Source: Squalus acanthias (lineage: Eukaryota). From it: a stretch of 64,000 bases of DNA. Location: assembly GCA_030390025.1 (NCBI GenBank), contig CM059425.1, positions 169,572,001 through 169,636,000 on the forward strand, read 5' to 3'. The translations under genes and the position numbers were made by a program. The notes below the pieces were generated by a model. It was not told the DNA's origin. It saw only the letters and a list, made by a program, of their open reading frames with translations, and ran no database searches. Positions 1-11,160 of the stretch are shown one piece after another (the first letter of the stretch is position 1; each line of letters starts with the position of its first letter).

Positions 1-257
1 TCTTTGATGAAAGCACATTCAGCTCTGACTTTCAATTAAAGGCTTTGGGCGAATTCTATGCAAGGGTCAGGATAGTTGTAATCTGACCTCTGTGCACACA
101 AATACAAGATTAGTGGTCCACCAGGTCAAGTCAGCGGATCAGATTTTAATAGAAACAAGTACATGTAGAGAAAAAAAATAACGTTACTGGGAATCGCTTC
201 ATATTCATATGAAAACCATTATCAGTGTAATGTTTCTTTCATCTCTTATGAAAGCCA

Positions 258-612
258 TTACTGGTGCCATGTTTTGTTTAAAGCAGCTATCCTGTACTTT
301 GTTTTTAAGTAGCAGAATTCATGGAATTCTATGGGAAAATATTTCATCTTTTCTGAATGGCTAGAATTAAAAATCAAAGAATTCTGCTTACAGGCAGCAG
401 ACAGGCTCCCAGCAGTTCCATACATTTTCTTTTCTAATTTGTAGAAGCAATTATACAGCAATTTGAGATTTAGAATTACATTATCATAAAGTACAGCTTC
501 ATTCGCTTCAGCCATTATTATCATACGCTTCAGAAATTTATCCAGCTGATGTTGATAGAAATGAGTCCCATAACAGAGCTTCCTGCTGCATTCTGCGAAC
601 TTAGGAAGACAT
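258..612 (-). CDS. Candidate terminal coding exon of an unidentified host gene
   Basis: Minus strand has a pyrimidine tract and AG (tctttctttctgtgctgtaacttctttctaag|A at 612). One base later come 118 codons in AT-rich non-repeat DNA (CLPKFAECSRKLCYGTHFYQHQLDKFLKRM...NKTWHQ*), ending in TAA at 258-260. Product not recognised. Confidence 0.45.
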
Positions 613-797
613 CTTAGAAAGAAGTTACAGCACAGAAAGAAAGATGTATATAGGGGGGATTTTAACTCTCCTTGCCGGGCAGGAATGGATCAGGGAAGAA
701 GTTATACTGGAGCAGAAAGATCATCAACCTGAAACATTACCTCTGTTTCTCTCTCCACAGACACTGCCTGACTTACTGAGTGTTTCCAGCATTTTAT

Positions 798-1420
798 GGG
801 GGTGATTTTCTCAATGGGAAGCTTTTAGAGGCGGAACTCTCACTTGTCGGGTTTCAGTCCCGCCTCCATGAGCTTCTGGCCAACCAGCGGGATTTTCCCT
901 TGATTGACCTTGTTAAGCCCACCCAGCGGGCTTAGCAGGCCAATTAGAGGGGAGCCGGTTGCAGAGCACGTCAACGTATGACGTGTCATCTGTCAAAATT
1001 TTTTGACAGATGACTTGTCATCGTTTGACAGCTCTGTGAAGCTGTCAGTGACAATCTCTGCAGTTTGATGAGGTCCTGCATACAAGACCTCATCAACCTT
1101 CTTTCTTTTGCAGAAATTAGATGTTTGTTGCATATGAGAATGCAACGGACATCTCTCATCTGCAACACGGAGAGGTGCGAGACTCTCCGTATTGAAACCG
1201 ACTGAAGCCTGCAGGAAGAAACAAAGGTAAGTACACTTTTAAAAACACTTAGGACTTACCTCAGATACTCACCTCTACACTCTTGCACCCATCACTTACC
1301 TTCACACAACTATTTTGCACCCCTCCGACCCCCGCAGACCCCCTACTCGCCTCGGTGACCCTGGCAGGTTTTGGAGCCGTCGGGAAGCCCGCACTTCAGG
1401 GCTCAAAAAGGGGATAATCC
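798..1420. mobile_element. Harbinger-type MITE-like relic (right end uncertain)
   Basis: Starts with gggggtgattttc, resembling the GG(G/C)...ATTTT termini of other MITEs in this window. GC/CpG-richer than its flanks, with internal TGACAG hairpins. Confidence 0.4.
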
Positions 1421-1707
1421 TATTTTCTGCCTATTAACAGGTTTGGCTTTGACCTCTGTGTTCAATTCCAAAAAAGATGAACTAGTACAAAAATAGACCA
1501 ACATTATAACATGCTTTTAGTGTGCAGTATTATAAAGGGGTCGATTGTATGTTGTTCCTTGTTTGACCATTCTTAGTTTTTATGTCTGGATTATTTCTTT
1601 TATAATAACATATTATTGACTGAATGACTGATTGATTTAATGACTGATTGATCTCCTTTTAAATCAGTGAAAGTGCATAATGGAATTCAGCAAAACAAAC
1701 CAATCAA

Positions 1708-2057
1708 GGGCAGAGTAGTGTAGTGTAGTGGTAATGCTACTAAACTAGTTCAAATCCCACTGTGACAGATTGAAAATTTGGATTGTTTAAAAATAATCTG
1801 GAAATAAAGTGACAATGAAGCTGTTGGATTGTTTTAAAAACCCAACTGGCTCACTGATGTCTTTCAGGGAAGGAAATCTGCTGTCCTTACCTTGTCTAGT
1901 CCATATGTGACTCCAGACCCACACCAATGTGGTTGACTCTTAAGTGCCCTCTGAGCAAATCACTCAGTTGTATCAAACCTGCTACCAGCGATTCATGAAA
2001 GAGGCCCACCACCAACTTGCCAGCAATGCCCACATCCTGAGAATGAATTAAAAAAAT
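1708..2057 (+). mobile_element. tRNA-headed SINE (5'+3' deletion derivative of the LINE at 38813-44756)
   Basis: A-box-like tagtgtagtggta and B-box-like gttcaaatccc. Body matches 41730-41979, tail matches 44657-44756, and the end is A-rich. Confidence 0.75.
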
Positions 2058-2802
2058 TAAATCGAGAAGGTGAGTGTTCCCACTTTAAATTTGGAGTTTA
2101 GAATAATATCATCACCTAACCACAATTAAATAAGCAAATAAACACACCACCTATTGGGTAGGCAGTGTTCTAGGACAATGCTGAGTTATGAAACAGTGCT
2201 CTGACAGCTAGTTATATAATAACCATAATTGATTCCAAGAGTTTTCACAATTAAAACTACGAGCGCTATTCTGGCAATGTTTTATACACACCACACTGAC
2301 AGACTATTAGGCCCCTGAGCATTTTTTGTTTCATACACATAATCTGGTTATGATCTTACGATGAAATAGCTCTGTGAAGCACAGCAAAGGTAACTCCCAC
2401 TAGCAGAATAAAAAGAAACAGCACAATGCATGAAAGTAAAGAGTCTCAAGCTGGTTCACATTCTTAAATACACCTATGCATGTTCCTGCATGAACATAAC
2501 AACAGCAGTAAGTCAACACAGTATTAAAATGGGAAACTAGTCTCAGCAATCCCAGCATTGCAAAATTGCAGCTTACATCATCCTGGGGCGCTTTACTGCT
2601 CCCGCATCAGGAAGTCTCTAAACTTTCTCACCTAGTATTGCAATAGATAATTCCTCTGAACATCAGGGAGAGATTTCTCTTTGCAGCAGAGGAACACCAA
2701 AAGCAGACATTTTTTTTTAGAAGACAGGTACATACCACAAACCAGCCTTCGAGTTTCTTCAAACATAACAGGAAACTTACACGAGCAAACATGTGCACTT
2801 AA

Positions 2803-2972
2803 CTTAAATCATTGAAGCTGCAAAATATATTGGTGTACCGGGAGCTGACTTGGTTGCAACAAGCTGAAGCATGGGGTGCTTCTGACACAGCTGCATGTAG
2901 ACTACAGTACTTTATTGTACACCCAGGACTGTGATTCCCACACACAATATACCAAAGGGCTATGCAATCAAT
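2803..2972 (-). CDS. Candidate internal coding exon (donor non-canonical)
   Basis: Strong acceptor gttctctttttttag|ATT at 2972 and an open frame IDCIALWYIVCGNHSPGCTIKYCSLHAAV...IFCSFNDL. The only phase-compatible donor reads AG|TTAAGT rather than AG|GTAAGT. Confidence 0.3.
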
Positions 2973-3092
2973 CTAAAAAAAGAGAACATTTTATTTACCT
3001 GTTTTATTAGCTTTGCTAATGCGTATGGGGAAGGGGAGGTATTGGAGTGCAGCTACCCGAGCAATTTTGAGGAAGGGTCCATACCTGAAACA

Positions 3093-4677
3093 TCATCCCT
3101 GATTTTAACAGCCCCCACCTGGCAGAAACCGGGTGTGGGGGGCAGTTAAAATAATGGGAGTCAGTTACCCGCACCGGTCCCGCTGGCTCCTGTTTTATAT
3201 ATGTGGATCGGGTCTGATGATGTCATCACGACCCATCTGCAATTTCAACTGGAGGCCTATGTTGGGGGGGCAGTGTTGGATCCCCATTCAGGCAAATCCT
3301 GCTGGGAGCTGGATCCTGGGCCAGGAGAGGCCCGGAAGAAATGTTTGAAATGTATTTTTCAGATTTCCTTGTGGGCCACGAGGGGCAGGAGTGCCCCCCC
3401 TGGCCCTCACAAGGAAGCCTTGGGACTGCCCTAAACCAGGCTACACCTGCCGCCACCACATCACCGCCCCTCTTCGCCATCAATTGTGGCAAGACCTTCC
3501 CCAGGCCCGGTCACTGACAGACCCCCACCCACTCAGCCCCAATCTCTGCAAAGACACCCATCTCCTGGCTGGCTCCAATCACTGCAAGACCCCCGCACAC
3601 CACCCCCTCCCCCACCCACCCCGGCTCCGATCACTGCAAGACCCCCGCACACCACCCCCTCCCCCACCCCAGCTCTGATCACTGCAAGACCCCCGCACAC
3701 CACCCCCTCCCCCACCCCAGCTCCGATCACTGCAAGACCCCCGCACACCACCCCCTCCCCCACCCACCCCGGCTCCAATCGCTGCACGACCCCCGCACAC
3801 CACCCCCTCCCCCACCCACCCCGGCTCCGATCACTGCAAGACCCCCGCACACCACCCCCTCCCCCACCCACCCCGGCTCCGATCACTGCAAGACCCCCGC
3901 ACACCACCCCCTCCCCCACCCACCCCGGCTCCGATCACTGCAAGACCCCCGCACACCACCCCCTCCCCCACCCACCCCGGCTCCGATCACTGCAAGACCC
4001 CCGCACACCACCCCGTCCCACCCTCCCACCCCAGCTCCGATCACTGCAAGACCCCCGCACACCACCCCCTCCCCCACCCACCCCGGCTCCGATCACTGCA
4101 AGACCCCCGCACACCACACCCTCCCACCCCACCCTGGCTCCGATCACTGAAAGACCCCCGCACACTACACCCTCCCCCACCCTGGCTCCGATCACTGAAA
4201 GACCCCCGCACACCACCCCATCCCACCCTCCCACCCCAGCTCCGATCACTGCAAGACCCCCACACACCACCCCCTCCCCCACCCACCCTGGCTCCGATCA
4301 CTGCAAGACCCCCGGCCCTGAACACAACCCGTTCACAGCCCTCCTTCCCTCCTGATCGTGGCCCCACGCCCTGAACCCCACTAACTGCTGTGAACCGTCC
4401 CCGCGGTCCTCCTGCTGCTGCCTATGCTCCCGCTGCCGGCTAGGCTGTCGATCTGGTCAGTTGTCGGGCGGGAGTCTGCATTGATGTGTTGAAATGATCT
4501 TCCTGAGCTGCTCACACTGTTTCCACCTGTGACTTGTGCCAGAGCTTGCACCAAGTGATATGCAAATGAGCATACCCAGCAAACTTGCGTGTAACTCTTT
4601 GTGGAGGTGAGTAGCGGATGTAAAAATTTTGAAATCACTGCATAAATGGCGCAACTAAGATCAAAGAAATTCAGGAC
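3093..4677. mobile_element. MITE-like non-autonomous DNA element carrying an expanded minisatellite
   Basis: Termini ccctgattttaac ... gaaattcaggac resemble the other MITE ends. Internal block gtgggccacgaggggcaggagtgccccccctggccc recurs at about 47388 and, inverted, at about 14296. Confidence 0.45.
3571..4312. repeat. C-rich minisatellite, about 15 units of 48-55 bp
   Basis: Unit ggctccgatcactgcaagacccccgcacaccaccccctcccccacc(cacc)cc starts at 3571, 3623, 3671, 3719, 3771, 3823, 3875, 3927, 3979 ... 4290. Confidence 0.95.
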
Positions 4678-4691
4678 AGGTGAGTATAATG

Positions 4692-7248
4692 AGTGAAAAG
4701 GAAGAAAGTAGCAAAAGTAAGCGTTGGTCCCTTAGAGGCTGAGACAGGAGAAATTATATTGGGGAACAAGGAAACGGCAGAGACTTTAAACAAATATTTT
4801 GTATCTGTCTTCATAGTAGAAGACACAAAAAGCATACCAAAAATAGTGGGGATCCAAGGGGCTAATGAGAGCGAGGAACTTAAAGTAATTAATATCAGTA
4901 GAGAAAAAGTACTTGAGAAACTAATGAGACTAAAACCTGTCAAATCCCCTGGACCTGATGGCCTATGTCCTAGGGTTCTAAAAGAGGTGGCTGCAAAGAT
5001 AATGGATGCATGGATTGTGATCTTCCAAAATTCCCTAGATTCTGGAATGGTCCCAGTGGATTGGAAGGTAGCAAATGTAACCCCGCTATTCAAAAAAGGA
5101 GGGAGAGAGAAAACAGGGAATTACAGGCCAGTTAACCTAACATCAGTCGTCGGGAAAATGCTGGAATCCATTATTAAGGAAGTGGTAACAGGGCACTTAG
5201 AAAATCATAATATGATTAGGCAGAGGCAACATGGTTTTATGAAAGGGAAATTGTGTGTAACAAATTTATTAGAGTTTTTTGAGCATGTAACTAGCAAGGT
5301 AGATAAAGGGGAACCAGTGGATGTAGTATATTTGGATTTCTAAAAGGCTTTTGATAAGATACCACATGAAAGGTTATTACACAAGGGCCCATGGGGTTGA
5401 GGGTAAAGTATTAGCATGGATAGAGGATTGGTTAACAGACAGAAAACAGAGAGTAGGGATAAACGGATCATTTTCCCGTTGGCAGGCTGTAACTAGTGGG
5501 TTGCCGCAAGGATCAGCGCTTGTGCCTCAGCTATTTACAATCTATATTAATGACCTAGATGAAGGGACAGAGTGTAATATATCCAAGTTTGCTGACGATA
5601 CAAAGCTAGGTGGGACAGTAAGCTGTAAGGAGAACACAAAGGGCCGGCAAAGTGATATAGACAGGTTAAATGGGTGGGCAATAAGGTGGCAGATGGAGTA
5701 TAATGTGGGGAAATGTGAGGTCATTCACTTTGGTAGGAAGAATAGGAAAAGAGAATATTTTTTAAATGGTGAGAAACTATTAAATGTTGGTGTTCAAAGA
5801 GACTTGGGAGTCTGAGTACAAGAACACAGAGAGTTAGCATGCTGGTACAGCAAGCAATTAGGAAGGCAAATGGCATGTTGGCCTTTACTGCAGGGGGGTT
5901 GGAGTATAAGAGTAAGGAAATCTTACTACAATTGTACAGGGCTTTGGTGAGACCACACCTGGAGTACTGTACACAGTTTTGGTCTCCTTATCTAAGGAAG
6001 GATATACTTGCCTTAAAGGCGGTGCAACGAAGGTTCACTAGATTGACCCCTGGGATGAGAGGGTTGTCCTTTGAGGAGAGATTGAGTAGATTGGGCCTAT
6101 ACTCTCTGGAATTTTGAAGAATGAGAGGTGATCTCATTGAAACATATAGGGGGAGAAATTCAGTATTGCCCTGTTTGGGGAGCTAACTTTTGAAAGTTGG
6201 AAACTTAGTGCCAGGCACTAATGATTCCCAGCTTTTGAAAATTTGGTGTTTGCACTCTTGGAAGGAAGTTGAGTGCTAAATCAAGCACTCCACTTCTTTC
6301 CTGGGGCGCTAAAGGACGCAGGCGGGGCGGTAGAGGTGCAGCGCTGCACAATGTCCCGTGCAGCGCTGCCGCGATCCGAGGCTCCTTCCCTGACTTAAAG
6401 GAGCCAGTTAGCTGGTCCCCGACATCAGCCGCGATCCGGCCCGATCAGCCACATGCATTCCCGCAGAGTGCCGGGCTGATCGATCGCGGCCCAGGAGCAG
6501 TGGAAAAAAATCACTTGGAGGGTGGTTAAAATTTTTCTCCTATCCGCGCCAATATCCCCTTTTATTTGCACCTCCGAAGCTCCCGGCGTCCCGAACAACG
6601 CCTCCTGCAGCTGTCGGTGTTGTCGCCCGGTGATGCTGCAGGGTACGGAACTGAAGTTCGGGTCCGGGGCGCTACCGGGGCGATGCGCATGGCAATAACG
6701 TCATGATCTCTGGGTGCAGGAGATCATGGCGCAAAGTGTTACCACCGCCGCAAACCTACATGTCAATTTGCCGGGCGTCGGTACTATTGCCACGCCCAGT
6801 CACAAAGCCGGTAGTGCCCCGTTAGCACACCCCGGAGGTGCTAATGGGAGGCACTATGGTACCGAATTTCTCCACCATAAGATTCTGAGGGGGATTGACA
6901 GAGTAGATTCTGAGAGATTGTTTTCCCTGGCTGGAGAGTCTAAAACTAGGGGGCATAGTCTCAGGATAAGGGTAGGCCATTTAAGACTGAGATGAGGAGG
7001 AATTTCTTCACTCAGAGGGTTGTGAATCTTTGGAATTTTCTGCCCCAAAGGGCTGTGGATGCTCGGTCGTTGAGTATATTCAAGGCTGAGATAGATAGAT
7101 TTTTGGACTATAGGGGAATCACGGGATATGGGGATCGGGCAGGAAAGTGGAGTTAAGAGGTTGAAGATCAGCCATGATCTTACTGAATGGCGGAGCAGGC
7201 CTGAGGGGTTGTATGGCCTACTCCTGCTCCTAATTCTTATGCTTTTAT
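4692..7248 (+). mobile_element. 5'-truncated CR1 (HER1-like) LINE, disrupted ORF2, interrupted by a MITE
   Basis: ORF2 fragments include KSPGPDG, NYRPVNLTS, VYLDF*, PQGS and FADD. There are stops and frameshifts, and a 3' tail cctactcctgctcctaattcttatg. Confidence 0.93.
6149..6876. mobile_element. Harbinger/Tourist-like MITE inserted in CR1
   Basis: TIRs gggggagaaattc / gaatttctccacc and TSD ATA (6146-6148, 6877-6879). Removing it restores the LINE sequence gaaacatataagattctg. Confidence 0.88.
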
Positions 7249-7994
7249 GAGCTAAAGGCATATGCGGCAGGTATATCGATCTGTTACAAGCAAATTGAAC
7301 CAAATGCTAAATCTTAGATCATGATGCTGTACGTGAATACATCAACCAGAATTACCTAGTAATTTTGCATCAAGGATTAACAGACATGTGAGGAGACATG
7401 AAATAGAATGGGTAAGTGTGGAACTGAGAGGAAAAGCATCAATATAATATATAATTACGCATATCCTCCCTTTAATTAGACCTTATATAATCAAATAAGC
7501 CAGGTACTTTGAATCTAACGACATGGGAAGGGTGCAAAATTTGGGTTGGTAGCGCGCTACGGGTGCTGTTTGGGTGCCAAAATGGTGTGGGGCGAATTGC
7601 GCCAGACGCCATATTGGTGAGGGTGTTAGCACATGCAGTGAACATCCACCGGTCGTACGCAGAGTAGGCATATCATGACGTCAATCAGTGTGTAACATTG
7701 ATTTGACGCCAGTGGTGCCATTTTGGAGCTCAATGCTCCAGCTAACGCCTTCTCTTAAACTCGGACAGCTGAACATGCATTCAGCAGCAGGTAGGACCCC
7801 CCACCAGCGCTATTTAAAGGGATCATCACTTACTTACAGGTTAGTTGCTGATTGATTTCTATTGGCTGTTGCTATGATTCTACAACTGTTTGGTGCTTTT
7901 GATAGTTGTTTCAAGTTGCAAAAGTCTACAGGGCAGGTGCTGAATGACTTTGTCCTGACTTCAAGGCTTCTGCACAAACCATTTGCTGCCAGAC

Positions 7995-8935
7995 ATGGGT
8001 GCACTAGTTGGAATTCCCCTTGGAAGACTTGGAGAATGAACAGAGGCCACGCAGAGCAGGACAAGCTGCTGGAAGAGGGAAAAGGAGGGGTAGGAAGGCT
8101 TTCAGCAGGAGGTCATTTCCCCCCAGGGTGTTCAGGGAGCAATTCTCCTACCTGAACCTCAGCAAAGAACAGTGTATCAGACGTCTGTGCTTCACTAAGG
8201 ACGTCTTCATTGAAATCTACCAACTCCTGCAGCCACATCTGCAACCTCAGAGCAGGGCACTTTGCCAGTGGCTGTGAAGGTGACCGTGGCGATGAACTTT
8301 TATGCATCTGGCTCCTTCCAGGCTGGAGCTGGAGATATTTGCAACATCTCGCAGTTTGCCATCCACTGTTTTGTAAAGGAGGTCACTGAGGCTCTCTATT
8401 CCAAGAGAGCTGACTACATTTCATTCTCTCTTGCCAGAGACCAGCATGGGGATCGAGTATGTGGCTTCACGAGGATTGCAGGCTTCCCCATGGTGCAGGG
8501 TGCCATTGACTGCGCGCACATCGTTTTGCAGGCGCCACATGAGAACTCTGCCATATACCGGAACTAAAAGGGATTCCACTCCCTCAACGTCCAGCCAGTG
8601 TGCGACCATAGGCAGCAAATCATGCCAGTATCCTGGCAGCAGTCATGATGCCTTCTTTCTGCAGCAGTCCGCTGTGCCAGCTGCATTTCAGCCACTATGG
8701 CAACCCAAAGGATGGCTACTGGGTGACAAGGTCTATCTACTGACAACATGGCTCATGACTCCACGCACACGTGCGCAGCATGCATACAATGAAAGCCATG
8801 CTGCCACACGAAATGTGATAGAGCAGACCATTGGCATATTGAAACAACGCTTTCACTGCCTGGAGGAGCCCTGCAGTACTCGGCAGAGTGGGTGTCGAGA
8901 TTTGTGGTGGTCAGCTGCATGCTGCACAACCTTAC
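7995..8935 (+). pseudogene. Harbinger (HARBI1-like) DDE transposase pseudogene
   Basis: Motifs FYASGSFQ, GFPMVQGAIDCAHI, GFHSLNVQ, YPGSSHDAF, WLLGDKVY, YNESHAATRNVIEQTIGILKQRF and CMLHNL are spread over frames with stops and frameshifts. Confidence 0.9.
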
Positions 8936-9060
8936 CTTCCCTCTGTCACTGACTATCACAGCGTCCGCTTGGCCAAATGCAAAAATAAAAGCCACCACAA
9001 AATAAACATTCCAAAACAAATTTAGAAATGAAATGATGCCATATGGCATACAAAAGTCAA

Positions 9061-11160
9061 CTAATCACCCTTGTGCATTCCCTTAGTGCCTGTCTTCCGT
9101 GTGCCTTTGCCTGTCCTAGTGCTCCTACACAGTGCTAACTCAGTGGCTGCGGCACGGGTCGTGGAAGCCTGCTGACTTTCAGTGGCGGAGACTGCAGATG
9201 GCTTTGGAGGATGACCTTAAGCAGCCTTCAGCCTAGAAGGACGATAGCAAAATACTGCGGATGCTGGAAATCCGAAATAACAACAGAAAACGCTGGAAAA
9301 ACTCAGCAGGCCAGGCAACATCCGTGGAGAGAGAAAGAGAGTTAACGTTTCAGGTCGAAACCCTTCGTCGGACGAAGGGTTTCGACCTGAAACGTTAACT
9401 CTCTTTCTCTCTCCACGGATGTTGCCTGGCCTGCTGAGTTTTTCCAGCGTTTTCTGTTGTTATTTCAGCCTAGAAGGTCTGGCTGCGGACTGCACCGTCT
9501 CGGCATAGGTGGCAGCAGTCTGGGTTGGCTGGCTGACAGGCAACAGCAAGGGCACTGGCGGAGTGGCATTGGTGGGAGGACGAATGCTGTTATCCTGAGA
9601 GAGGACAGCAGGTTCATGCTCCACGGAGCCACTGTCACTCCCCCGGGGCGGCGTCTCAGCAATCCTAGTAATCTTTTGGAAGACAGATTGCTGGACTGTT
9701 GTGACACCCTGCAAGCCCTTTTGAACACTGGTATGCGCTGCGACAATGGCAGCAGTCTGAGCTTGCATGGCAGCACTCAGACTTTAGGTAGATGCTGCTT
9801 GTATTGCAATGGAAGCTGAGACATTGGCCCTCAGACGCTGCATCATGATTGGGTCCACAAGTGCAATAATGGAGTCGGCCACCAATTCCATGTTGGAAAG
9901 GATGGGCACCAAGTTCTGCGCAAAGCCCTGCACCAAGTTATTGCCTGACTCCTCCATGCTCCTTGACGTTGCACACAGGATTTCTGGCAGCCTTCCCAAT
10001 GCATGAAGCATTTCATTGTGCATACCTTCTTCTGTAGCCTGCCCCATCGAAGTCTTCATCTGAGTCCTCTGCAGCAGAACTCATGTGTGACCTTGGATCC
10101 AGCGAGCTGGCACCTGCGCTATCCTTTCCCCCTGCCCTGGCTGCAGGCCACTCATGCCCAGTGTCTCACCATGTGCAGATCCCGCCTCCATGCTATCCAC
10201 TAAATTATGCGTAGTGTCAGTATCTCAGCTGGTGGCTGTGAGTGTGAAATCCAGTGACGGTGTGTCTTCATCATCACTGTCTTCTTGCTGTTCCTCCACT
10301 GCCTGGCCAGGTTGCACTTCTTGGGTATCTGAAAGGAGACAGACACAAGAGTAAAGTTGTGGTGAGGGCGGGGGGGAAAGTAAGAGGTGCATGCTTACAC
10401 CATCTGCAGCTTGCAAGCCAGAAGACATTGTGGGATGAGGAGGAAGTGGAAAGTGAGAAGGAGGATTAGATATGAGGATACCGTCATCTTCAATTGATTC
10501 AGCCACCTGCTGGCCACGGGCTCAGCAATGGCCATCCCAATAATGCCCAGCACTGTCTCCTCCATGGGGGTGAGGACATGCAGGCGTGCCTGTCCCCCTC
10601 CGGTTAGTTCCTGCTGCCTCTGCTTGTGCACCACCTTGTCCTGCAAGAGAGAGGGAAGTGCGTCAGTGAGTGTCGTGCAATCTGTTTGGCTGATGTGGTG
10701 CCATGGTTGAATAGCTGGCAGTGTGTGCAAGTTGTGAGATGTGGGTGTGCGGCTTGCTAAATGTGTGAGGATGAGGTGAAGCATATGCATGTTAAGTATG
10801 AGGCCTGATTGATAAGGATTGTAGGTAGGTGAGTGATGGGTATGTGGTGAATTGAGGAGTGTTTGAGGCTCGTGGTGCAGTTGGTAGAATATGGCATTTG
10901 AAGATGCAATCACTGACCTTGACCACTTGTGTGAGGTCATTGAACTTCTTGCGGCACTGCATCCTGGTCCTCGGAGCTTGACACCTGGCATTGACCTCTA
11001 TGGCTATCTGCTCCCACTGCCTTTTGCCCATTTGGCTAGAGGGCCTCCTTCTCCCCTGTGGATACAGGACGTCTCTCTTCTTTTCCACCTCCTCCACCAA
11101 GACCTTCAGTGCAGCGTCCGGAGACCTTGGAGCCCGCTCTCTCCCCTGTTGTGCAATTCT
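9061..11160 (-). pseudogene. Harbinger Myb/SANT-like DNA-binding gene, 3 exons (about 11160-10918, 10640-10482, 10328-9061)
   Basis: Motif QWEQIAIEVNA...PRTRMQCRKKFNDL. Splice sites AAG|gtcagt, ttgcag|GAC, G|gtatcc and tttcag|ATA. Ends KGMHKGD* like the element B copy. Frameshifted. Confidence 0.82.
9241..9466. mobile_element. Penelope-like foldback mini-element (perfect palindrome)
   Basis: Arms 9274-9369 and 9371-9466 are exact reverse complements. There is a 33-nt extension at 9241-9273 and TSD (ttc)agcctagaagg at 9230-9240 and 9467-9477. Confidence 0.85.

Noticed and set aside
3571..4312. CRISPR-like periodicity
   Set aside because: The units are head-to-tail with no unique spacers, there are no cas genes, and the context is eukaryotic.
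3486..4355. 289-aa Pro/Thr-rich ORF resembling a mucin or extensin
   Set aside because: It is a translation of the minisatellite. Several frames on both strands are open, and unit lengths are not consistently multiples of 3.
7995..8935. Host HARBI1 gene
   Set aside because: It is multi-copy, frameshifted, and lies inside TIR-bounded elements next to a Myb partner, so it is a transposon copy rather than the domesticated gene.
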